NCBI GenBank assembly: GCA_964016885.1
Contig: OZ024741.1
Coordinates: 371,814,001-371,878,000, forward strand
Direction of reading: 5' to 3'
From: Eledone cirrhosa
Taxonomy: Eukaryota
DNA length: 64,000 nucleotides
This document shows positions 30,001 to 45,000 of this stretch, piece after piece. How positions within the stretch are numbered: the first letter of the stretch is position 1; the number at the start of each line of letters is the position of its first letter. The translations under genes were made by a program, and so were the position numbers. Below the pieces are notes generated by a model, which had not been told where the DNA came from, did no database searches, and saw only the letters and a program-made list of their open reading frames with translations.

Positions 30001-33000
30001 TAGGAGTCTAACAACTGTATAGTGGACAACGTTATTAGGAATCTGAAAACGGTATAGTGGACACCGTTGTTAGGAGTCTAACAACTGTATAGTGGACAAC
30101 GTTATTAGGAGTCTGACAACTGTATAGTGGACAACGTTATTAGGAGTCTGACAACTGTATAGTGGACAACGTTGTTAGGAGTCTAACAACTGTATAGTGG
30201 ACTACGTTATTAGGAGTCTGACAACTGTATAGTGGACAACGTTATTAGGAGTCTAACAACTATGTAGTGGACAACGTTATTAGGAGTCTGACAACTGTAT
30301 AGTGGACAACGTTATTAGGAGTCTGACAACTGTATAGTGAACAACTTTATTAGGAATCTGACAACTGTATAGTGGACAACGTTATTAGGAGCCTAACAAC
30401 TGTATAGTTTGATAACGTTGTTAGGAGTCTAACAACTGTAGAGTGGACCACGCTGTTAGGTGTCTAACAACTGTATAGTGGACAACGTTGTTAGGAGCCT
30501 AACAACTGTATAGTGGAGATCGTTGTTAGGAGACTAACAACTGTATAGTGGACAACGTTGTTAGGAGTCTGACAACTGTATAGTGGACAACGTTATTAGG
30601 AGTCTAACGACTGTATAGTGGACAACGTTGTTAGGATCCTAACAACTGTATAGTGGAGATCGTTGTCAGGAGTCTGACAACTGTATAGTGGACAACGTTA
30701 TTAGGAGTCTAACAACTGTATAGTGGACAACGTTGTTAGGAGTCTGACAACTGTATAGTGGACAACGTTATTAGGAGTCTAACGACTGTATAGTGGACAA
30801 CGTTGTTAGGAGCCTAACAACTGTATAGTGGAGATCGTTGTCAGGAGTCTGACAACTGTATAGTGGACAACGTTATTAGGAGTCTAACAACTGTATAGTG
30901 GACAACGTTGTTAGGAGTCTGACAACTGTATAGTGGACAACGTTATTAGGAGTCTGACAACTGTATAGTGGACAACGTTATTAGGAGTCTGACAACTGTA
31001 TAGTGGACAACATTATTAGGAGTCTAACAACTATGTAGTGTACAACGTTATTAGGAGTCTGACAACTGTATAGTGGACAACGTTATTAGGAGTCTGACAA
31101 CTGTATAGTGGACAACGTTGTTAGGAGTCAGACAACTGTATAGTGGACAACATTATTAGGAGTCTGACAACTGTATAGTGGACAACGTTATTAGGAGTCT
31201 AACAACTGTGTAGTGGACAACGTTATTGGAGTCTAACAACTGTGTAGTGGACAGCGTTATTAGGAGTCTGACAACTGTATAGTGGACAACGTTGTTAGGA
31301 GTCTGACAACTGTATAGTGGACAACGTTGTTAGGAGTCTAACAACTGTATAGTGGACTACGTTATTAGGAGTCTGACAACTGTATTCGTGGACAACGTTA
31401 TTAGGAGTCTAACAACTGTATAGTGGACAACGTTATTAGGAATCTGAAAACTGTATAGTGGACACCGTTGTTAGGAGTCTAACAACTGTATAGTGGACAA
31501 CGTTATTAGGAGTCTGACAACTGTATAGTGGACAACGTTGTTAGGAGTCTAACAACTGTATAGTGGACTACGTTATTAGGAGTCTGACAACTGTATAGTG
31601 GACAACGTTATTAGGAGTCTAACAACTGTATAGTGGACAACGTTATTAGGAATCTGAAAACTGTATAGTGGACACCGTTGTTAGGAGTCTAACAACTGTA
31701 TAGTGGACAACGTTATTAGGAGTCTGACAACTGTATAGTGGACAACGTTATTAGGAGTCTGACAACTGTATAGTGGACAACGTTGTTAGGAGTCTAACAA
31801 CTGTATAGTGGACTACGTTATTAGGAGTCTGACAACTGTATAGTGGACAACGTTATTAGGAGTCTAACAACTATGTAGTGGACAACGTTATTAGGAGTCT
31901 GACAACTGTATAGTGGACAACGTTATTAGGAGTCTGACAACTGTATAGTGAACAACTTTATTAGGAATCTGACAACTGTATAGTGGACAACGTTATTAGG
32001 AGCCTAACAACTGTATAGTTTGATAACGTTGTTAGGAGTCTAACAACTGTAGAGTGGACCACGCTGTTAGGTGTCTAACAACTGTATAGTGGACAACGTT
32101 GTTAGGAGCCTAACAACTGTATAGTGGAGATCGTTCTTAGGAGACTAACAACTGTATAGTGGACAACGTTGTTAGGAGTCTGACAACTGTATAGTGGACA
32201 ACGTTATTAGGAGTCTAACGACTGTATAGTGGACAACGTTGTTAGGAGCCTAACAACTGTATAGTGGAGATCGTTGTCAGGAGTCTGACAACTGTATAGT
32301 GGACAACGTTATTAGGAGTCTAACAACTGTATAGTGGACAACGTTGTTAGGAGTCTGACAACTGTATAGTGGACAACGTTATTAGGAGTCTAACGACTGT
32401 ATAGTGGACAACGTTGTTAGGAGCCTAACAACTGTATAGTGGAGATCGTTGTCAGGAGTCTGACAACTGTATAGTGGACAACGTTATTAGGAGTCTAACA
32501 ACTGTATAGTGGACAACGTTGTTAGGAGTCTGACAACTGTATAGTGGACAACGTTATTAGGAGTGTGACAACTGTATAGTGGACAACGTTATTAGGAGTC
32601 TGACAACTGTATAGTGGACAACATTATTAGGAGTCTAACAACTATGTAGTGTACAACGTTATTAGGAGTCTGACAACTGTATAGTGGACAACGTTATTAG
32701 GAGTCTGACAACTGTATAGTGGACAACGTTGTTAGGAGTCAGACAACTGTATAGTGGACAACATTATTAGGAGTCTGACAACTGTATAGTGGACAACGTT
32801 ATTAGGAGTCTAACAACTGTGTAGTGGACAACGTTATTGGAGTCTAACAACTATGTAGTGGACAGCGTTATTAGGAGTCTGACAACTGTATAGTGGACAA
32901 CGTTGTTAGGAGTCTGACAACTGTATAGTGGACAACGTTGTTAGGAGTCTAACAACTGTATAGTGGACTACGTTATTAGGAGTCTGACAACTGTATAGTG

Positions 33001-36000
33001 GACAACGTTATTAGGAGTCTAACAACTGTATAGTGGACAACGTTATTAGGAATCTGAAAACTGTATAGTGGACACCGTTGTTAGGAGTCTAACAACTGTA
33101 TAGTGGACAACGTTATTAGGAGTCTGACAACTGTATAGTGGACAACGTTGTTAGGAGTCTAACAACTGTATAGTGGACTACGTTATTAGGAGTCTGACAA
33201 CTGTATAGTGGACAACGTTATTAGGAGTCTAACAACTGTATAGTGGACAACGTTATTAGGAATCTGAAAACTGTATAGTGGACACCGTTGTTAGGAGTCT
33301 AACAACTGTATAGTGGACAACGTTATTAGGAGTCTGACAACTGTATAGTGGACAACGTTATTAGGAGTCTGACAACTGTATAGTGGACAACGTTGTTAGG
33401 AGTCTAACAACTGTATAGTGGACTACGTTATTAGGAGTCTGACAACTGTATAGTGGACAACGTTATTAGGAGTCTAACAACTATGTAGTGGACAACGTTA
33501 TTAGGAGTCTGACAACTGTATAGTGGACAACGTTATTAGGAGTCTGACAACTGTATAGTGAACAACTTTATTAGGAATCTGACAACTGTATAGTGGACAA
33601 CGTTATTAGGAGCCTAACAACTGTATAGTTTGATAACGTTGTTAGGAGTCTAACAACTGTAGAGTGGACCACGCTGTTAGGTGTCTAACAACTGTATAGT
33701 GGACAACGTTGTTAGGAGCCTAACAACTGTATAGTGGAGATCGTTGTTAGGAGACTAACAACTGTATAGTGGACAACGTTGTTAGGAGTCTGACAACTGT
33801 ATAGTGGACAACGTTATTAGGAGTCTAACGACTGTATAGTGGACAACGTTGTTAGGAGCCTAACAACTGTATAGTGGAGATCGTTGTCAGGAGTCTGACA
33901 ACTGTATAGTGGACAACGTTATTAGGAGTCTAACAACTGTATAGTGGACAACGTTGTTAGGAGTCTGACAACTGTATAGTGGACAACGTTATTAGGAGTC
34001 TAACGACTGTATAGTGGACAACGTTGTTAGGAGCCTAACAACTTTATAGTGGAGATCGTTGTCAGGAGTCTGACAACTGTATAGTGGACAACGTTATTAG
34101 GAGTCTAACAACTGTATAGTGGACAACGTTGTTAGGAGTCTGACAACTGTATAGTGGACAACGTTATTAGGAGTCTGACAACTGTATAGTGGACAACGTT
34201 ATTAGGAGTCTGACAACTGTATAGTGGACAACATTATTAGGAGTCTAACAACTATGTAGTGTACAACGTTATTAGGAGTCTAACAACTGTGTAGTGGACA
34301 GCGTTATTAGGAGTCTGACAACTGTATAGTGGACAACGTTGTTAGGAGTCTGACAACTGTATAGTGGACAACGTTGTTAGGAGTCTAACAACTGTATAGT
34401 GGACTACGTTATTAGGAGTCTGACAACTGTATAGTGGACAACGTTATTAGGAGTCTAACAACTGTATAGTGGACAACGTTATTAGGAATCTGAAAACTGT
34501 ATAGTGGACACCGTTGTTAGGAGTCTAACAACTGTATAGTGGACAACGTTATTAGGAGTCTGACAACTGTATAGTGAACAACGTTATTAGGAGTCTGACA
34601 ACTGTATAGTGGACAACGTTGTTAGGAGTCTAACAACTGTATAGTGGACAACGTTATTAGGAGTCTGACAACTGTATAGTGGACAACGTTGTTAGGAGTC
34701 TAACAACTGTATAGTGGACAACGTCATTAGAAGTCTGAAAACTGTATAGTGGACAACGTTGTTAGGAGTCTCACAACTGTATAGTGGAGCACGTTATTAG
34801 GAGTCTAACAACTGGGGAGTGGACAACGTTATTAGGAGTCTAACACCTGTATAGTGGACAACGTTATTAGGAGTCTGACAACGGTATAGTGGACAACGTT
34901 ATTAGGTGTCTAACAACTGTATAGTGAGCAACGTTGTTAGGAGCGTAACAACTGTATAGTGGGCAACGTTATTAGGAGTCTAACAACTGTATAGTGGACA
35001 ACGTTATTAGGAGTCTAACAACTGTGTAGTGGACAACGTTATTAGGAGTCTAACAACTGTATAGTGGACAACGTTATTAGGAGTCTGACAACTGTATAGT
35101 GGACAACGTTGTTAGGAGTCTGACATCTGTATAGTGGACAACGTTATTAGGAGTCTGACAACTGTATAGTGGACAACGTTGTTAGGAGTCTGACAACTGT
35201 ATAGTGGACAACGTTATTAGGAGTCTGACAACTGTATAGTGGACAACGTTATTAGGAGTCTGACAACTGTATAGTGGACAACGTTGTTCGGTGTCTAACA
35301 ACTGTATAGTGGACAACGTTATTAGGAGTCTAACAACTGTATAGTGGACAACGTTATTAGGAGTCTGACAACTGTATAGTGGACAACTTTCTTAGGAGTC
35401 TGACAACTGTATAGTGGACAACGTTATTAGGAGCCTAACAACTGTATAGTGGATAACGTTGTTAGGAGTCTAACAACTGTAGAGTGGACCACGCTGTTAG
35501 GTGTCTAACAACTGTATAGAGGACAACATTGTTAGGAGCCTAACAACTGTATAGTGGAGATCGTTGTTAGGAGACTAACAACTGTATAGTGGACAACGTT
35601 ATTAGGAGTCTAACAACTGTATAGTGGACAACGTTGTTAGGAGCCTAACAACTGTATAGAGGAGATCGTTGTCAGGAGTCTAACAACTGTATAGTGGAGA
35701 ACGTTGTTAGGAGTCTGACAACGGTATAGTGGACAACGTTCTTAGATGTCTAACAACTGTATAGTGGACAACGTTATTAGGAGTCTAACAACGGTATAGT
35801 GGACAACGTTATTAGGTGTCTAACAACTGTATAGTGGACAACGTTATTAGGAGTCTAACAACGGACTAGTGGATAACGTTATTAGGAGTCTAACAACTGT
35901 ATAGTGAACAACGTTGTTAGGAGTGTAACAACTGTATAGTGGGCAATGTTATTAGGAGTCTAACAACTGTATAGTGGACAACGTTATTAGGAGTCTGACA

Positions 36001-39000
36001 ACTGTATAGTGGACAACGTTGTTAGGAGTCAGACAACTGTATAGTGGACAACATTATTAGGAGTCTGACAACTGTATAGTGGACAACGTTATTAGGAGTC
36101 TAACAACTGTGTAGTGGACAACGTTATTGGAGTCTAACAACTGTGTAGTGGACAGCGTTATTAGGAGTCTGACAACTGTATAGTGGACAACGTTGTTAGG
36201 AGTCTGACAACTGTATAGTGGACAACGTTGTTAGGAGTCTAACAACTGTATAGTGGACTACGTTATTAGGAGTCTGACAACTGTATAGTGGACAACGTTA
36301 TTAGGAGTCTAACAACTGTATAGTGGACAACGTTATTAGGAGTCTGACAACTGTATAGTGGACAACGTTATTAGGAGTCTGACAACTGTATAGTGGACAA
36401 CGTTATTGGAGTCTAACAACTGTGTAGTGGACAGCGTTATTAGGAGTCTGACAACTGTATAGTGGACAACGTTGTTAGGAGTCTGACAACTGTATAGTGG
36501 ACAACGTTGTTAGGAGTCTAACAACTGTATAGTGGACTACGTTATTAGGAGTCTAACAACTGTGTAGTGGACAACGTTATTAGGAGTCTAACAACTGTAT
36601 AGTGGACAACGTTATTAGGAGTCTGACAACTGTATAGTGGACAACGTTGTTAGGAGTCTAACAACTGTATAGTGGACTACGTTATTAGAAGTCTGACAAC
36701 TGTATAGTGGACAACGTTATTAGGAGTCTGACAACTGTATAGGGGACAACGTTGTTAGGAGTCTAACAACTGTATAGTGGACAAAGTTATTAGGAGTCTA
36801 ACAACTGTATAGTGGACAACGTTATTAGGAGTCTGACAACTGTATAGTGGAGCACGTTATTAGGAATCTAACAACTGGGGAGTGGACAACGTTATTAGGA
36901 GTCTAACACCTGTATAGTGGACAACGTTATTAGGAGTCTGACAACGGTATAGTGGTCAACGTTATTAGGTGTCTAACAACTGTATAGTGGACAACGTTAT
37001 TAGGAGTCTAACAACGGTATAGTGGACAACGTTATTAGGTGTCTAACAACTGTATAGTGAACAACGTTATTTGGAGTCTAACAACGGACTAGTGGACAAC
37101 GTTATTAGGAGTCTAACAACTGTATAGTGAACAACGTTGTTAGGAGTGTAACAACTGTATAGTTGGCAACGTTGTTAGGAGTCTGACAACTGTATAGTGG
37201 ACAACGTTATTAGGAGTCTGACAACTGTATAGTGGACAACGTTGTTAGGAGTCTAACAACTGTATAGTGGACTACGTTATTAGGAGTCTGACAACTGTAT
37301 AGTGGACAACGTTATTAGGAGTCTGACAACTGTGTAGTGGACAACGTTATTAGGAGTCTAACACCTGTATAGTGGACAACGTTATTAGGAGTCTGACAAC
37401 TGTATAGTGGACAACGTTATTAGGAGTCTGACAACTGTATAGGGGACAACGTTGTTAGGAGTCTAACAACTGTATAGTGGACAAAGTTATTAGGAGTCTA
37501 ACAACTGTATAGTGGACAACGTTATTAGGAGTCTGACAACTGTATAGTTGACAACTTTATTAGGAGTCTGACAACTGTATAGTGGACAACGTTCTTAGGA
37601 GTCTAACAACTGTATAGTGGACAACGTTATTAGGAGTCTGACAACTGTATAGTGGACAACTTTATTAGGAATCTGACAACTGTATAGTGGATAACGTTGT
37701 TAGGAGTCTAACAACTGTAGAGTGGACCACGCTGTTAGGTGTCTAACAACTGTATAATGGACAACGTTGTTAGGAGCCTAACAACTGTATAGTGGAGATC
37801 GTTGTCAGGAGTCTAACAACTGTATAGTGGACAACGTTGTTAGGAGTCTGACAACTGTATAGTGGACAACGTTGTTAGAAGTCTAACAACTGTATAGTGG
37901 ACAACGTTGTTAGGAGTCTGACAACTGTATAGTGGACAACGTTATTAGGAGTCTGACAACTGTATAGTGGACAACGTTATTAGGAGTCTGACAACTGTAT
38001 AGTGGACAACGTTATTAGGAGTCTAACAACTGTAATGTGGACAACGTTATTAGGAGTCTGACAACTGTATAGTGGACAACGTTATTAGGAGTCTGACAAC
38101 TGTATAGTGGACAACGTTATTAGGAGTCTGACAACTGTATAGTGGCCAACGTTATTAGGAGTCTAACAACTGTATAGTGGACAACGTTATTAGGAGTCTG
38201 ACAACTGTATAGTGGACAACGTTATTAGGAGTCTAACAACTGTATAGTGGACAACGTTGTTAGGAGTCTAACAACTGAATAGTGGACAACGTTATTAGGA
38301 GTCTCACAAGTGTAGAGTGGACAACGTTGTTAGGAGTCTGACAACTGTATAGTGGACAACGTTATTAGGAGTCTGACAACTGTATAGTGGACAACGTTGT
38401 TAGGAGCCTAACAACTGTATAGTGGACAACGTTATTAGGATTCTAACAACGGTATAGTGGACAACGTTATTAGGTTTCTAACAACTGTATAGTGGAGAAC
38501 GTTATTAGGTGTCTAACAACGGACTAGTGGACAACGTTATTAGGAGTCTAACAACTGTATAGTGGACAATGTTATTAGGAGTCTAACAACTGTGTAATGG
38601 ACAACGTTATTAGGAGTCTAACAACTGTGTAGTGGACAACGTTATTAGGAGTCTGACAACTGTATAGTGGACAACGTTATTAGGAGTCTAACAACTGTAT
38701 AGTGGACAACGTTATTAGGAGTCTGACAACTGTATAGTGGACATCGTTATTAGGAGTCTAACAACTGTATAGTGGACAACGTTATTAGGAGTCTAACAAC
38801 TGTGTAGTGGACAACGTTATTAGGAGTCTAACAACTGTATAGTGGACAACGTTGTTAGGAGTCTAACAACTGTATTGTGGACAACGTTATTAGGAGTCTG
38901 ACAACTGTATAGTGGTCAACGTTGTTAGGAGTCTGACAACTGTATAGTGGACAACGTTATTAGGAGTCTAACAACTGTATAGTTGACAACGTTATTATGA

Positions 39001-42000
39001 GTCTGACAACTGTATAGTGGATAACGTTATTAGGAGTCTAACAACTGTATAGTGGACAACGATGTTAGGAGTCTAACAACGGATTAGTGAACAACGTTAT
39101 TGGGAGTCTAACAACTGTATAGTGGACAACGTTATTAGGAGTCTCACAACTGTATAGTGGACAACGTTATTAGGAGTCTGACAACTGTATAGTGGACTAC
39201 GTTATTAGGAGTCTGACAACTGTATAGTGGACTACGTTATTAGGAGTCTAACAACTGTATAGTGGGCAATGATATTAGGAGTCTAACAACTGTATAGTGG
39301 ACAACGTTATTAGGAGTCTAACAACTGTATAGTGGACAACGTTATTAGGAGTCTAACAACTGTATAGTGGTTAACGTTATTAGGCGTCTAACAACTGTAT
39401 AGTGGTTAACGTTATTAGGAGTCTGACAACTGTATAGTGGACAACGTTATTAGGAGTCTAACAACTGTATAGTGGGCAACGTTATTAGGAGTCTCACAAC
39501 TGTATAGTGGACAACGTTGTTAGGAGTCTCACAACTGTATAGTGGAGATCGTTGTTAGGAGTCTAACAACTGTATAGTGGACAACGTTATTAGGAGTCTC
39601 ACAACTGTATAGTGGACAACGTTGTTAGGATTCTGACAACTGTAGAGTAGACAACGTTGTTAGGAGTCTAACAACTGTATAGTAGACAACATTATTAGGA
39701 GTCTGACAACTGTATAGTGGACAATGTTATTAGGAGTCTAACAACTGTATAGTGGACAACGTTATTAGAAGTCTGACAACTGTATAGTGGACAACGTTAT
39801 TAGGAGTCTAACAACTGAATAGTGGACATCGTTATTAGGAGTCTCACAACTGTATAGTGGACAACGTTGTTAGGAGTCTGACAACTGTATAGTTGTCAAC
39901 GTTATTAGGAGTCTAACAACTGTATAGTGGACAACGTTATTAGGAGTCTAACAACTGAATAGTGGACAACGTTGTTAGGAGTGTAACAACTGTATAGTGG
40001 GCAATGTTATTAGGAGTCTAACAACTGTATAGTGGACAACGTTATTAGGAGTCTGACAACTGTATAGTGGACAACGTTGTTAGGAGTCAGACAACTGTAT
40101 AGTGGACAACATTATTAGGAGTCTGACAACTGTATAGTGGACAACGTTATTAGGAGTCTAACAACTGTGTAGTGGACAACGTTATTGGAGTCTAACAACT
40201 GTGTAGTGGACAGCGTTATTAGGAGTCTGACAACTGTATAGTGGACAACGTTGTTAGGAGTCTGACAACTGTATAGTGGACAACGTTGTTAGGAGTCTAA
40301 CAACTGTATAGTGGACTACGTTATTAGGAGTCTGACAACTGTATAGTGGACAACGTTATTAGGAGTCTAACAACTGTATAGTGGACAACGTTATTAGGAG
40401 TCTGACAACTGTATAGTGGACAACGTTATTAGGAGTCTGACAACTGTATAGTGGACAACGTTATTGGAGTCTAACAACTGTGTAGTGGACAGCGTTATTA
40501 GGAGTCTGCCAACTGTATAGTGGACAACGTTGTTAGGAGTCTGACAACTGTATAGTGGACAACGTTGTTAGGAGTCTAACAACTGTATAGTGGACTACGT
40601 TATTAGGAGTCTAACAACTGTGTAGTGGACAACGTTATTAGGAGTCTAACAACTGTATAGTGGACAACGTTATTAGGAGTCTGACAACTGTATAGTGGAC
40701 AACGTTGTTAGGAGTCTAACAACTGTATAGTGGACTACGTTATTAGGAGTCTGACAACTGTATAGTGGACAACGTTATTAGGAGTCTGACAACTGTATAG
40801 GGGACAACGTTGTTAGGAGTCTAACAACTGTATAGTGGACAAAGTTATTAGGAGTCTAACAACTGTATAGTGGACAACGTTATTAGGAGTCTGACAACTG
40901 TATAGTGGAGCACGTTATTAGGAATCTAACAACTGGGGAGTGGACAACGTTATTAGGAGTCTAACACCTGTATAGTGGACAACGTTATTAGGAGTCTGAC
41001 AACGGTATAGTGGACAACGTTATTAGGTGTCTAACAACTGTATAGTGGACAACGTTATTAGGAGTCTAACAACGGTATAGTGGACAACGTTATTAGGTGT
41101 CTAACAACTGTATAGTGAACAACGTTATTTGGAGTCTAACAACGGACTAGTGGACAACGTTATTAGGAGTCTAACAACTGTATAGTGAACAACGTTGTTA
41201 GGAGTGTAACAACTGTATAGTGGGCAACGTTGTTAGGAGTCTGACAACTGTATAGTGGACAACGTTATTAGGAGTCTGACAACTGTATAGTGGACAACGT
41301 TGTTAGGAGTCTAACAACTGTATAGTGGACTACGTTATTAGGAGTCTGACAACTGTATAGTGGACAACGTTATTAGGAGTCTGACAACTGTGTAGTGGAC
41401 AACGTTATTAGGAGTCTAACACCTGTATAGTGGACAACGTTATTAGGAGTCTGACAACTGTATAGTGGACAACGTTATTAGGAGTCTGACAACTGTATAG
41501 GGGACAACGTTGTTAGGAGTCTAACAACTGTATAGTGGACAAAGTTATTAGGAGTCTAACAACTGTATAGTGGACAACGTTATTAGGAGTCTGACAACTG
41601 TATAGTTGACAACTTTATTAGGAGTCTGACAACTGTATAGTGGACAACGTTCTTAGGAGTCTAACAACTGTATAGTGGACAACGTTATTAGGAGTCTGAC
41701 AACTGTATAGTGGACAACTTTATTAGGAATCTGACAACTGTATAGTGGATAACGTTGTTAGGAGTCTAACAACTGTAGAGTGGACCACGCTGTTAGGTGT
41801 CTAACAACTGTATAATGGACAACGTTGTTAGGAGCCTAACAACTGTATAGTGGAGATCGTTGTCAGGAGTCTAACAACTGTATAGTGGACAACGTTGTTA
41901 GGAGTCTGACAACTGTATAGTGGACAACGTTGTTAGAAGTCTAACAACTGTATAGTGGACAACGTTGTTAGGAGTCTGACAACTGTATAGTGGACAACGT

Positions 42001-45000
42001 TATTAGGAGTCTGACAACTGTATAGTGGACAACGTTATTAGGAGTCTGACAACTGTATAGTGGACAACGTTATTAGGAGTCTAACAACTGTGTAGTGGAC
42101 AACGTTATTAGGAGTCTAACAACTGTATAGTGGACAACGTTATTAGGAGTCTGACAACTGTATAGTGGACAACGTTATTAGGAGTCTGACAACTGTATAG
42201 TGGACAACGTTATTAGGAGTCTGACAACTGTATAGTGGGCAACGTTATTAGGAGTCTAACAACTGTAATGTGGACAACGTTATTAGGAGTCTGACAACTG
42301 TATAGTGGACAACGTTATTAGGAGTCTGACAACTGTATAGTGGACAACGTTATTAGGAGTCTGACAACTGTATAGTGGCCAACGTTATTAGGAGTCTAAC
42401 AACTGTATAGTGGACAACGTTATTAGGAGTCTGACAACTGTATAGTGGACAACGTTATTAGGAGTCTAACAACTGTATAGTGGACAACGTTGTTAGGAGT
42501 CTAACAACTGAATAGTGGACAACGTTATTAGGAGTCTCACAACTGTAGAGTGGACAACGTTGTTAGGAGTCTGACAACTGTATAGTGGACAACGTTATTA
42601 GGAGTCTGACAACTGTATAGTGGACAACGTTGTTAGGAGCCTAACAACTGTATAGTGGACAACGTTATTAGGATTCTAACAACGGTATAGTGGACAACGT
42701 TATTAGGTTTCTAACAACTGTATAGTGGAGAACGTTATTAGGTGTCTAACAACGGACTAGTGGACAACGTTATTAGGAGTCTAACAACTGTATAGTGGAC
42801 AATGTTATTAGGAGTCTAACAACTGTGTAATGGACAACGTTATTAGGAGTCTAACAACTGTGTAGTGGACAACGTTATTAGGAGTCTGACAACTGTATAG
42901 TGGACAACGTTATTAGGAGTCTAACAACTGTATAGTGGACAACGTTATTAGGAGTCTGACAACTGTATAGTGGACATCGTTATTAGGAGTCTAACAACTG
43001 TATAGTGGACAACGTTATTAGGAGTCTAACAACTGTGTAGTGGACAACGTTATTAGGAGTCTAACAACTGTATAGTGGACAACGTTGTTAGGAGTCTAAC
43101 AACTGTATTGTGGACAACGTTATTAGGAGTCTGACAACTGTATAGTGGTCAACGTTGTTAGGAGTCTGACAACTGTATAGTGGACAACGTTATTAGGAGT
43201 CTAACAACTGTATAGTTGACAACGTTATTATGAGTCTGACAACTGTATAGTGGATAACGTTATTAGGAGTCTAACAACTGTATAGTGGACAACGATGTTA
43301 GGAGTCTAACAACGGATTAGTGAACAACGTTATTGGGAGTCTAACAACTGTATAGTGGACAACGTTATTAGGAGTCTCACAACTGTATAGTGGACAACGT
43401 TATTAGGAGTCTGACAACTGTATAGTGGACTACGTTATTAGGAGTCTGACAACTGTATAGTGGACTACGTTATTAGGAGTCTAACAACTGTATAGTGGGC
43501 AATGATATTAGGAGTCTAACAACTGTATAGTGGACAACGTTATTAGGAGTCTAACAACTGTATAGTGGACAACGTTATTAGGAGTCTAACAACTGTATAG
43601 TGGTTAACGTTATTAGGCGTCTAACAACTGTATAGTGGTTAACGTTATTAGGAGTCTGACAACTGTATAGTGGACAACGTTATTAGGAGTCTAACAACTG
43701 TATAGTGGGCAACGTTATTAGGAGTCTCACAACTGTATAGTGGACAACGTTGTTAGGAGTCTCACAACTGTATAGTGGAGATCGTTGTTAGGAGTCTAAC
43801 AACTGTATAGTGGACAACGTTATTAGGAGTCTCACAACTGTATAGTGGACAACGTTGTTAGGATTCTGACAACTGTAGAGTAGACAACGTTGTTAGGAGT
43901 CTAACAACTGTATAGTAGACAACATTATTAGGAGTCTGACAACTGTATAGTGGACAATGTTATTAGGAGTCTAACAACTGTATAGTGGACAACGTTATTA
44001 GAAGTCTGACAACTGTATAGTGGACAACGTTATTAGGAGTCTAACAACTGAATAGTGGACATCGTTATTAGGAGTCTCACAACTGTATAGTGGACAACGT
44101 TGTTAGGAGTCTGACAACTGTATAGTTGTCAACGTTATTAGGAGTCTAACAACTGTATAGTGGACAACGTTATTAGGAGTCTAACAACTGAATAGTGGAC
44201 ATCGTTATAAGGCGTCTCACAACTGTATAGTGGACAACGTTGTTAGGAGTCTGACAACTGTATAGTGGTCAACGTTATTAGGAGTCTAACAACTGTATAG
44301 TGGACAACGTTATTAGGAGTCTAACAACGGATTAGTGAACAACGTTATTGGGCGTCTAACAACTGTATAGTGGACAACGTTATTCGGAGTCTAACAACTG
44401 TATAGTGGACAACGTTATTAGGAGTCTGACAACTGTATAGTGGACAACGTTATTAGGAGTCTGACGACTGTAGAGTAGACAACGTTGTTAGGAGTCTGAC
44501 AACTGTATAGTGGACAACGTTGTTATTAGTCTGACAACTGTATAGTGGACAACGTTGTTAGGAGTCTAACAACTGTATAGTGGACTACGTTATTAGGAGT
44601 CTGAAAACTGTATAGTGGACAACGTTATTAGGAGTCTGACAACTGTATAGTGGAGCACGTTATTAGGAGTCTGACAACGGTATAGTGGACAACGTTATTA
44701 GGTGTCTAACAACTGTATAGTGGACAACGTTATTAGGATTCTAACAACGGTATAGTGGACAACGTTATTAGGTTTCTAACAACTGTATTGTGGAGAACGT
44801 TATTAGGAGTCTAACAACGGACTAGTGGACAACGTTATTAGGAGTCTAACAACTGTATAGTGGACAATGTTATTAGGAGTCTAACAACTGTATAGTGGAC
44901 AACGTAATTAGGAGTCTGACAACTGTATAGTGGACAACGTTGTTAGGAGCCTAACAACTGTATAGTGGAGATCATTGTTAGGAGTCTAACAACTGTATAG

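Noticed and set aside
42050-42260. Nucleosome-length phasing (5 x 35 = 175 bp insertion; 4 x 45 = 180 bp)
   Set aside because: Observed HOR sizes (2, 4, 7, 40, 46, 74 monomers) are not consistently multiples of five; probably coincidence.
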